Assembly: GCA_965221955.1 (NCBI GenBank)
Contig: CBDCTA010000022.1
Span: 256,001-320,000 of the forward strand
Origin: Gammaproteobacteria bacterium
Lineage (GTDB): Bacteria; Pseudomonadota; Gammaproteobacteria; UBA4575
Length of the DNA: 64,000 nt
Direction of reading: 5' to 3'
The notes under the pieces were generated by a model, which was given only the letters and a program-made list of their open reading frames with translations, did not search any database and had not been told where the DNA came from. Of this stretch, positions 53,872-64,000 are shown piece by piece. Each line of letters opens with the position of its first letter. Position 1 is the first letter of the stretch. A program made the translations under genes and the position numbers.

Positions 53872-54096
53872 TACATAACAAATTCACTTTCATGTTGATT
53901 GGCTGTGCATAAAAAGTGATATAGTTTGAACAACTTTTCTGTTACAGATTTATACCTCTGGTATTCAGCACAAAAGATCATATGTTGAACTGCTTTCACT
54001 CAAGTAATATTTTTATAAGGTGTTGACTTTAAAGTATTAATTAATGTTATCCACAGAAAAATAGTCGCTCTATAACAACTACTAAATATATATAAA
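53872..54096. other. Probable oriC / unwinding element in the dnaA-dnaN intergenic region
   Basis: DnaA boxes TGTGCATAA (53904-53912) and perfect TTATCCACA (54047-54055), then trio-like CTATAACAACTACTA and an AT-rich AATATATATAAA run before dnaN. Confidence 0.7.
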
Positions 54097-55197
54097 ATGC
54101 AGTTATCTATAACACGCGAAGATCTCCTAAAACCTCTTCAACAGATCATTGGTGCAGTGGAACGTAGACAAACGATGCCTGCGCTAAGTAACCTTCTTCT
54201 TCGTGGTAATGATAAAGATCTGACCATAACGGCTACCGATCTAGAAGTAGAATTGGTTGCTAATTTGGAAATTGGTCTGGAAGAACAAGGCACGACTACA
54301 ATTCCAGCAAGAAAACTTTTAGATATTTGTCGTTCTTTACCAGATCAAGCAAAAATTGCGATTCAATCCAGTAGTGAAAAAGTTAAAGTGAGTTCAGGGC
54401 GCAGTCGCTTTTCATTAGCCACATTGCCCGCAGAAGATTTTCCAACCATTGATGATTTAGAACTTGATCAAAATGTAGTAATTAGCGAAGCTGAATTTAA
54501 AGCTCTAATTGATAAAACCGCTTTTGCCATGGCGCAGCAAGATGTTCGTTATTATTTGAATGGATTGTTGCTCGAGGTCGATGCTGAGCAAGTTCGTACT
54601 GTTGCAACGGATGGGCATCGTTTAGCTCTCTCACAGCTAGATCATAAGTCTGATATTGAAGGTTCACGACAAATTATCTTGCCACGCAAAGGCGTGCAGG
54701 AGTTGCAGCGATTGTTGACCAACGAAGACAACAAGATAACCATTGCTTTAGGTAAAAATCACATGCGGGTGAATTTAGCTAATTTGCAATTTACTTCTAA
54801 GCTGATTGATGGCCGTTTCCCGGAGTATCAGCGTGTCTTGCCAGAAGAGTGTGACAACCGAGCAAAAATCGATAAGGTTCAACTCAAACAAGCACTTACA
54901 AGAGCTTCAATTTTATCGAATGAGAAGTACAAAGGTATTCGTTTAATTTTGGATGACAACACATTAGTCATTCAGGCGCACAATCCAGAACACGAAGAAG
55001 CTGAAGATGAGATTGAAATTGAGTACCAAGGTGACCGTTTAGAAGTGGGCTTCAATGTTGTGTATCTTTTAGATGTACTTAATGCATTGGAATCCGATGC
55101 ATTGGAAGTCATTATTCAAGATGCTAATAGCAGCGCACTTATCGTGTCTCCAGGTTCTCAAGCCAGCCGCTACGTTGTAATGCCAATGCGACTCTAA
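54097..55197 (+). CDS. dnaN: DNA polymerase III beta clamp
   Basis: ATDLE, QDVRYYLNG, VATDGHRL, SKLIDGRFP.Y, VVMPMRL. Confidence 0.99.
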   Translation: MQLSITREDLLKPLQQIIGAVERRQTMPALSNLLLRGNDKDLTITATDLEVELVANLEIGLEEQGTTTIPARKLLDICRSLPDQAKIAIQSSSEKVKVSSGRSRFSLATLPAEDFPTIDDLELDQNVVISEAEFKALIDKTAFAMAQQDVRYYLNGLLLEVDAEQVRTVATDGHRLALSQLDHKSDIEGSRQIILPRKGVQELQRLLTNEDNKITIALGKNHMRVNLANLQFTSKLIDGRFPEYQRVLPEECDNRAKIDKVQLKQALTRASILSNEKYKGIRLILDDNTLVIQAHNPEHEEAEDEIEIEYQGDRLEVGFNVVYLLDVLNALESDALEVIIQDANSSALIVSPGSQASRYVVMPMRL

Positions 55198-55211
55198 GGC
55201 ATAAGTTAGCC

Positions 55212-56288
55212 TTGGCGCTGCAAACACTCCTGATTCAAAACTTACGCATTATTAATCAGCTAGAAATTACTCTGGCTGCAGATGCCAATTTATTTATTGG
55301 TGAAAACGGAGCGGGTAAAACTAGTATTCTGGAGGCAATCGATATTCTAAGCCGCGGACGTTCTTTTCGAGAACGCCGCACACACCCTTTATTACGGAAA
55401 CAGGCCAGTAGTATCATTGTCAGCAGCAAGCTAAATACGGCTGATGGCAGTATTCATCTTGGGATTCAGAAATCCGCTAAACAAACCTTGCTGCATGTAA
55501 ACCAAGAAAAAGTAAGCTCAGTCTCTGAACATGCGAGTCATCTCCCTGTAGTCAGCATGCATCCGGATTCGCACCAACTGATCCAAGGAGGGAGTAAGCA
55601 GCGCAGAAACTATCTGGACTGGTCTGCGTTTCACGTGAAACCAACTTTCCTACAGCATTGGCGAAATTACAATAAAAGTCTGCGTCAGCGTAACCAAGCC
55701 TTGCGAGATCAGCGTCCAACGGAGGAAATAAACGTGTGGGCTAAGAAGTTAAGTGAGCATGCAGAATGCGTAGATCGCGAAAGATCGGAGATTTTCGGCC
55801 AACTTAACCCTATTATCGAAGGATATAGCCGAAGATTACTGCCAGAGGCCGAAATTAACGTAAAATATGCTAGAGGTTGGCCAGAAGAGCAGAATTTAGA
55901 GCAAACGCTAAACGAGCTACTTGATCAAGAGCGCAAGCTAAAATCCACACGTGCTGGTGCTCATCGAGCAGAACTGAAACTACTCCTAAATGAGCAAGAT
56001 GCCGCCGCTACGGCTTCGAGAGGGCAGCAGAAACTCATCGCAGCGTGTTTGTTGCTGGCACAGATTGAGCATGTTCAGCAGCTCAGCGCGCAAAAATGTG
56101 TTGTGTTGTTAGATGATGTACGAGCAGAACTCGACCAAGAACATGCGCATGCATTAATCACTGCGTTACAAGACCTAGGTTGCCAAGTGTTTATCACAGC
56201 AATTGAACGGGAACAAATCGAGCTGACTGGTTGGCAGGACACTAAGGTGTTTCACGTGAAACAAGGGTACTGTAAGCCAATGAACTGA
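55212..56288 (+). CDS. recF: DNA replication/repair protein RecF
   Basis: GENGAGKTSILEAI, SRGQQKL, LLDDVRAELD. Confidence 0.96.
   Translation: MALQTLLIQNLRIINQLEITLAADANLFIGENGAGKTSILEAIDILSRGRSFRERRTHPLLRKQASSIIVSSKLNTADGSIHLGIQKSAKQTLLHVNQEKVSSVSEHASHLPVVSMHPDSHQLIQGGSKQRRNYLDWSAFHVKPTFLQHWRNYNKSLRQRNQALRDQRPTEEINVWAKKLSEHAECVDRERSEIFGQLNPIIEGYSRRLLPEAEINVKYARGWPEEQNLEQTLNELLDQERKLKSTRAGAHRAELKLLLNEQDAAATASRGQQKLIAACLLLAQIEHVQQLSAQKCVVLLDDVRAELDQEHAHALITALQDLGCQVFITAIEREQIELTGWQDTKVFHVKQGYCKPMN
55627..55642. promoter_or_regulatory. parS site (near-consensus) inside recF
   Basis: CGTTTCACGTGAAACC, palindromic core. Confidence 0.85.
56248..56263. promoter_or_regulatory. parS site (perfect) inside the recF 3' end
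   Basis: TGTTTCACGTGAAACA. Confidence 0.93.
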
Positions 56289-56374
56289 TAAATAAAAATG
56301 AGCTCTTTGAGCAAGGATTTACAAGCTCTTCAAGCCTATGCTTGATATAATAAATGGTTAATTGATTACACTAA

Positions 56375-58831
<2,457 letters not shown>

Positions 58832-58986
58832 AAAAGAACAAAAAAGCACCTGAGAGTATTTGGTTAGTCAGGTTTAAATCAGCTTTAGTCCACGTTTAGC
58901 TAGCGTATATTGTTGATTTTAAAGAAAATGTCCCCATATTGATTTAGTAATTGAAAAATTCAATCTAGACAACTAGGGAGTTATTT

Positions 58987-59559
58987 ATGGGAATCGGCAG
59001 CATCATATTTTTAGCCATCGTTGTAGTGTTAGCGGGGTACTTCATTGTTATTTATAACAGCCTAGTTAATTTAAAACATGCCGTAAGTAAGGCTTGGTCA
59101 AATATCGACGTGTTGCTCAAACAGCGCCATGACGAAATTCCAAAGCTGGTCGAAGTGTGTAAGCAATACATGGGTTTTGAACAAGAAACTTTAACCAAAG
59201 TCATGGAAGCACGTTCAAGAGTTTCCAATGCGCAACAATCTGGTGATATGAACGCATTAGGTTCTGCGGAAGGAATGTTACGCATGGGATTAGGTAATTT
59301 ATTCGCAGTTGCAGAAGATTATCCTGAGCTTAAAGCCAACGAAACGTTTAGACATTTGCAAGAAAGAATTTCTGGCTTAGAAAATTCGATTGCTGATCGT
59401 CGAGAGTTCTATAACGAAAGTGTAAATCGCAACAATGTTCGCATTGAACAATTCCCAGATATTATCGTAGCCAGAATGATGGCGTTTAAGGCATTTGACT
59501 TGCTTGAGTTTGCTGAATCAGAAACGCAAGACGTAGACGTTAAAGCGTTATTTAGTTAA
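58987..59559 (+). CDS. lemA: LemA family protein
   Basis: N-terminal TM, YN.LV, AWSNIDVLLKQR.D.IP.LV, AVAEDYPELKA, RREFYNESV. Confidence 0.93.
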   Translation: MGIGSIIFLAIVVVLAGYFIVIYNSLVNLKHAVSKAWSNIDVLLKQRHDEIPKLVEVCKQYMGFEQETLTKVMEARSRVSNAQQSGDMNALGSAEGMLRMGLGNLFAVAEDYPELKANETFRHLQERISGLENSIADRREFYNESVNRNNVRIEQFPDIIVARMMAFKAFDLLEFAESETQDVDVKALFS

Positions 59560-59593
59560 CCGCGTTTAACTGCAAACTTATCTCGAGTAAGCA

Positions 59594-60502
59594 TTGACAA
59601 ACTTTAGTCAAGGCGACTGGTTTTTACTAACCGTTCTATTTGTTGGCGCACTGATTTGTTTATTTGCTGCGTTGCGCATGTTCCATCGTGCGCGCTTAAT
59701 CGAAGACATGCCGACTTCAAAAATTCGTTCCTGTCCACAAGGTTATGTTGAACTTTTTGGTACGGCAAAGTGGATGGAAGGGCCTGAAATTCATGCGCCC
59801 TTGAGTGGGCTACCTTGTGTTTGGTATTCCTTTACAGTGGAAGAATACGTTGAGCACTCCAAGCAAAAATGGCGTCGCATTAACAGTGGTGTAAGTGATG
59901 AGCTTTTTATTCTCGAAGATGATACCGGAGCTTGTGTAATCGATCCTGAAGACGCAGAAGTTACGCCAAGCTCAAACAGTACTTGGTATGGAAAAGAAAG
60001 ACTTGGTCCAAGGACGCATACCTCACCGTTAGATGTTTTAAGTGGCGCACTTTTTCAAAGTGGGCAAAAATATCGTTATTCCGAAAGACGTTTAGATGTA
60101 TATGAATCTCTATACGCAATAGGCGAATTTTGTTCGATAGGCACCGATTATCGACAAGATATAAAAGATGCTGCGTTAGAGAGATTACGAGAATTGAAGC
60201 GTGATAAAGACGAGCTTGCTAAGTATGACGTGAATAATGATGGGAATATTGATGCAGAAGAGTGGGAGCAAGCCCGTAAGGATGCTAAGCAAGCGGCGAT
60301 TGAAGAACAGCTCGCGAAGCCTTTACCTAAACGTATGCATATACTAAAAAAACCACAAACAAAAAAATACCAACCGTTTTTACTTTCTTCAAAAACCGAG
60401 ACTCATATGTCTAGAAATAGCCGTATTTTTTCTGCAGGACTTGCCTCATTGTTTATTATTTTTACCGCCAGCGTTTTTTTGAAATTAACAGGAGCCTTTT
60501 AG
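59594..60502 (+). CDS. GIDE (E3-ligase/MUL1-like) domain membrane protein with EF-hand loop
   Basis: RLIEDMPTSKIRS.PQGYVEL.G, APLSG.PCVWY, F.LEDDTG...IDP..AEV; DVNNDGNIDAEEW EF-hand; TMs at both ends. Start codon uncertain. Confidence 0.78.
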   Translation: MTNFSQGDWFLLTVLFVGALICLFAALRMFHRARLIEDMPTSKIRSCPQGYVELFGTAKWMEGPEIHAPLSGLPCVWYSFTVEEYVEHSKQKWRRINSGVSDELFILEDDTGACVIDPEDAEVTPSSNSTWYGKERLGPRTHTSPLDVLSGALFQSGQKYRYSERRLDVYESLYAIGEFCSIGTDYRQDIKDAALERLRELKRDKDELAKYDVNNDGNIDAEEWEQARKDAKQAAIEEQLAKPLPKRMHILKKPQTKKYQPFLLSSKTETHMSRNSRIFSAGLASLFIIFTASVFLKLTGAF

Positions 60503-60553
60503 CGCAATAAAAAACTAAGTTGTAAGAATAAAGTTCAGGCATAATGCCGGGCC

Positions 60554-61201
60554 ATGAATAAAAAGATCATTACATTTCTTTTGTTAGTCTTCTTTGAACC
60601 TCTTTGTGCACAGGAATTTGCTTATGTAACCGATTCTCTTAAACTACGTTTATATTCTGAACCCACCAGCAACAGCGATGTATTACTAACAATAGAAAGT
60701 GGGGACTCGGTTGAAGTCTTTGAGAAGCAAGAAGGATTCAGTCGGGTGATCACGAACGATGGTATAGAAGGCTGGGTGAAATCTGCTTTTTTAGTTGAAG
60801 ATCCACCCGAAAAATTACTTTATTACTCAGTAAGTGAACAGAATAAAGAGTTACAAGCTGAAATAGCAGCGTTGCAAAACAATTCGTCTGCGGTAACTTC
60901 TGCAAGTAATGAAGCGGATCTGAATCAAATCGCTGAGCTACAAGCTGAGCTCGCTAAACAGCAAGAAGTCAATCAAAGGCTAAGAGAGCAAATTGCAGAT
61001 GCTGGAAGTGTTCAACCAGTAGTAATTGAAAACAGCCTTACAAATTTACATACAAAAGCTGGCGAAACATCTAGTAAAGAAGTTAACAAATTGTTTTTAA
61101 TTGGGGTTCCATTTGCACTGGCTCTGCTAGGATTTTTATTAGGTATTAAACTTTCTGCAATACGCATGCGCAAACGCTTGCACGGCTTCAGTTTTAAATA
61201 A
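60554..61201 (+). CDS. Bacterial SH3-domain protein (YgiM/TIGR04211-like) with coiled coil and C-terminal TM
   Basis: Signal peptide, YVTD.L.LRL...P, G..V.V, G.EGWV...FL, coiled coil, TM then basic tail. Confidence 0.85.
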   Translation: MNKKIITFLLLVFFEPLCAQEFAYVTDSLKLRLYSEPTSNSDVLLTIESGDSVEVFEKQEGFSRVITNDGIEGWVKSAFLVEDPPEKLLYYSVSEQNKELQAEIAALQNNSSAVTSASNEADLNQIAELQAELAKQQEVNQRLREQIADAGSVQPVVIENSLTNLHTKAGETSSKEVNKLFLIGVPFALALLGFLLGIKLSAIRMRKRLHGFSFK

Positions 61202-61212
61202 GTAATTCATTC

Positions 61213-61977
61213 ATGAAAATAGCTTCTTGGAATGTAAATTCTTTGCGTGTTCGTTTACCGCAAGTGTTGGAATGGCTGCAAGACAATCCGGTGGATGTGT
61301 TGGCTTTGCAAGAAACTAAAATGGTGGATGAAGATTTCCCAGTAGACGAAATTCAACAAGCCGGTTACCAAGTGCAGTATTCCGGGCAAAAAACCTATAA
61401 CGGCGTAGCAGTGCTATCAAAGCAGGAAGCCAGTGATGTAGTGACGGATGTACCAAACTTAGAGGATCCGCAGCGCAGAATTTTAGCGGTGACGGTAGAC
61501 GATGTTCGAGTGCTGAATCTCTATGTGGTGAACGGCAAAGAAGTAGGTTCGGATAAATATGACTACAAACTCGATTGGTTGAAAAAAGTAACCGCTTTTA
61601 TTGAGAAAGACTTAAAAAAATATCCAAGCTATGTAGTGCTAGGAGATTTTAATATTGCACCAGAAGATGCGGATGTGCACGACCCTGTAGCTTGGAAAGA
61701 TAAAATTCTTTGTAGTGACAAAGAACGTAAAGCATTACAAGCCATCACTGATCTCGGTTTTGTCGATACCTTTAGACTATTTGACCAAGAAGAAAATACG
61801 TTTAGTTGGTGGGATTACCGTGCTGCAGGTTTTCGCCGCAATCTTGGTTTACGCATCGATTTGATCTTGGCAAGTACTGCACTAGAGGGCAGTTGCGCTT
61901 TCAGCGTGGTGGATAAAGCCCCTAGAAGCAATGAAAGACCTTCTGACCATGCACCAGTAATTGCGGAGTTTATGTAG
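61213..61977 (+). CDS. xth: Exodeoxyribonuclease III
   Basis: SWNVNS, LQETK, YNGVA, GDFNIAP, FSWWDYR, RIDLIL, PSDHAPV. Confidence 0.96.
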   Translation: MKIASWNVNSLRVRLPQVLEWLQDNPVDVLALQETKMVDEDFPVDEIQQAGYQVQYSGQKTYNGVAVLSKQEASDVVTDVPNLEDPQRRILAVTVDDVRVLNLYVVNGKEVGSDKYDYKLDWLKKVTAFIEKDLKKYPSYVVLGDFNIAPEDADVHDPVAWKDKILCSDKERKALQAITDLGFVDTFRLFDQEENTFSWWDYRAAGFRRNLGLRIDLILASTALEGSCAFSVVDKAPRSNERPSDHAPVIAEFM

Positions 61978-62235
61978 CGATTTGTGTCCAATTTCTTTTA
62001 AAAGTCAGTAAAATGCTGCGATCATGCTGAATAACGTTGACTAAACTGTAATGCTTGTTAGAACTAGAGAAATACAACTCGCTCTGGTTAATTAAATAAC
62101 ATGGTCAACCCCTCTTCTTTTAACAATCTTCTTCCATCTGTCTTCTTTTCATAACAATAAGATTCACACTTGGCATCGATGATGAGTTAGGACAAACTCC
62201 GTGCTACCAATCCACATACGTGAGGTGTTAAAAAA

Positions 62236-62874
62236 ATGCGCAACATTATGGTGATTAACTCTAAAGGTGGTTCAGGTAAGTCCACCGTAGCGACCAATTT
62301 GGCCTCCTATTTTGCTTCTCAAGGTAAAAGCGTCGTCATGATGGATTATGACCCTCAAGGCAGTAGCATGGCGTGGTTAGCGGCTCGTTCTTCAGCGCGT
62401 CCACCCATTCAAGGAATTGCTGCCTATAAAAAAAGCTCAAAACGTCCTAGTCGAAAAACTGATTTTGTGATTCATGATGCACCGGCAGGAAAGCATGGTG
62501 GCGACTTGAGCAAAATGTTGAATAAAGCGCAGACGATTCTTATTCCTGTATTGCCTTCACCCATCGATATGCGTGCAGTAATCGATTTTATTGCAGAAGT
62601 TAAGAAATCAGCACCTGTACAACGTAAAAGAGCTAAATTGGCATTAGTCGCAAATCGATCCCGTGATTATACAAATATTTACTGGGAACTGGATGACTTG
62701 TTAAGCAAACAACGCATTCCATTTTTAACCATGTTGCGTGATAGTCAAAATTACATCAAAGCCGCTGAACGCGGTTTGGGTATTTTTGAGATGGCACCTG
62801 CTGCCACCGAGCTTGACCGCGAAATGTGGGAGCCCATCATAAAATGGGTGAAAAGCAAACGCAGTCAGCCGTAA
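62236..62874 (+). CDS. Orphan ParA-family ATPase
   Basis: NSKGGSGKST deviant Walker A, DYDPQGS, HDAPAG, PVLPSPID; no adjacent parB. Confidence 0.9.
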   Translation: MRNIMVINSKGGSGKSTVATNLASYFASQGKSVVMMDYDPQGSSMAWLAARSSARPPIQGIAAYKKSSKRPSRKTDFVIHDAPAGKHGGDLSKMLNKAQTILIPVLPSPIDMRAVIDFIAEVKKSAPVQRKRAKLALVANRSRDYTNIYWELDDLLSKQRIPFLTMLRDSQNYIKAAERGLGIFEMAPAATELDREMWEPIIKWVKSKRSQP

Positions 62875-62940
62875 ACTTAATAGGTTGGCAACATTGTTTT
62901 GCCACACTTTCTTTACAAAAGTTAACTAGAGAGTACGTCT

Positions 62941-63483
62941 GTGAGTCGTTCTTTAAAACTATCATATCTAATTCGTTTCATTATTAGTTGTGTGTTTTGT
63001 ATGGCGATATTTACTAATAGCACTGCAACCGCTTCTCCAGAATTGCATGTTGAGGATAAAGCCGATTACGTAGTGGTTAAAAAAGCAGAACGTAAACTTT
63101 ATCTTTATCGTGGAATGGAAATTTTAAAAACTTACCGCATCGCCTTAGGCAAACAACCTGATGGGCATAAAATTCGTGAAGGTGATTCGCGCACACCAGA
63201 AGGTATTTACACATTAGATTGGCGTAACCCAAATAGTAAGTTTTACCGCTCCATTCATATTTCCTACCCAAGTAAATCTGATAATCGCGATGCACGCGAA
63301 CGAGGTGATTCACCGGGTGGTGCCATTATGATTCATGGCCAACCCAGTAACTGGGTAGAAAAAACCAAACTATTATTCAATCAAGATGATTGGACAGAAG
63401 GTTGCATTGCAGTGCAAGATCATGAAATGGATGAAATTTGGAATGCTGTGGAAGATGGCACGCCGATAGAGATTATTCCTTGA
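62941..63483 (+). CDS. L,D-transpeptidase family (YkuD) protein
   Basis: V.K.ER.L.L, K.REGD.RTPEG.Y, IMIHG, WTEGCIA. Confidence 0.92.
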   Translation: MSRSLKLSYLIRFIISCVFCMAIFTNSTATASPELHVEDKADYVVVKKAERKLYLYRGMEILKTYRIALGKQPDGHKIREGDSRTPEGIYTLDWRNPNSKFYRSIHISYPSKSDNRDARERGDSPGGAIMIHGQPSNWVEKTKLLFNQDDWTEGCIAVQDHEMDEIWNAVEDGTPIEIIP

Positions 63484-63495
63484 ACCCATAGGTGC

Positions 63496-63524
63496 GCGAA
63501 TATGATGTCCATCAGGGATGATGC
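63496..63524 (+). repeat. Twin GGA-loop hairpin repeat, partial copy 3
   Basis: GCGAATATGATGTCCATCAGGGATGATGC retains the CGAATATGA linker and the second hairpin (CATCA-GGGA-TGATG). Confidence 0.6.
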
Positions 63525-63641
63525 ATCTGATTAAAGACAAGCTTTAATTAATTTACAGGTTGGAAAATTTAGATACTTACCATTTTGACTGCTAACGACC
63601 CAAAGCGGGCATTCTGCTGTGTAAAATCTAGAGACAATTAA

Positions 63642-64000
63642 ATGGATAATTTAAAGGCAAAAGATCAATTCTTACAGAGTCTTGAGCGTTGTGAAGAAGA
63701 CGAGTCATTTATTCCTTCATTCTATAAGCGATTTTTATCTACATCAGATGAAATTAAGGATAAATTTCGGCATACAGATTTTGAGAAGCAGAATAAAATG
63801 TTAATTCGCTCTCTTAAACTTGCTGCTGGAGCGACCATTGGAGAGCCTGAGGCGTTGCAAGAGCTTAGAGATCGCGCAGAAACCCATGATCGTCATCACC
63901 TCAATATTAAACCAGAATTATATGATGCTTGGTTAAATGCGGTTATTGAGACTGCGCGTGAATATGATGCTCAGTGGAATGACAATATTGAGTCTATTTG
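63642..64000 (+). CDS. Single-domain globin, truncated by window end (not in ORF track)
   Basis: MDNLKAKDQFLQSLERC...FIPSFYKRFLSTSDEIKDKFRHTDFEKQNKML...RAETHDRHHLNIKPELYDAWLNAVIETAREYD: B10 Tyr, CD1 Phe, E7 Gln, F8 His pattern. Confidence 0.85.
   Translation, partial: MDNLKAKDQFLQSLERCEEDESFIPSFYKRFLSTSDEIKDKFRHTDFEKQNKMLIRSLKLAAGATIGEPEALQELRDRAETHDRHHLNIKPELYDAWLNAVIETAREYDAQWNDNIESI

Overview
Gammaproteobacterial chromosome segment spanning the replication origin. The right half (33.5-58.8 kb) is the conserved core block glmS-glmU-atpCDGAHFEBI-parB-parA-rsmG-mnmG-mnmE-yidC-yidD-rnpA-rpmH / dnaA-oriC-dnaN-recF-gyrB, with two parS sites inside recF. It is followed by lemA, a GIDE/EF-hand protein, an SH3 protein, xth, an orphan ParA, an L,D-transpeptidase and a truncated globin. 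The left half is largely accessory. It holds thiG/thiS/thiO, a Fur-family regulator, and a decayed tRNA whose 3' half is duplicated around an AT-rich 3-gene polyprenyl-phospho-pentose glycosylation cassette. The best candidate for an undescribed system is a 9-gene operon (11.6-22.2 kb) that looks like an ion-motive-force-driven trans-envelope machine: one MotA/TolQ/ExbB channel, two ExbD-like anchors fused to vWA domains, a degenerate Hsp70-like protein, an FHA-PEGA-FGE protein, a TPR protein and two lipoproteins. Further along are a GlyGly-CTERM metalloprotease with a decayed neighbourhood, an orphan c-di-GMP-I riboswitch, and katG/oxyR with a candidate OxyS-position sRNA. A dispersed twin GGA-loop hairpin repeat with compensatory changes occurs three times. 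atpD and a desaturase are each broken by a single-base lesion, possibly assembly error. All calls come from reading motifs by eye; no database searches were run.
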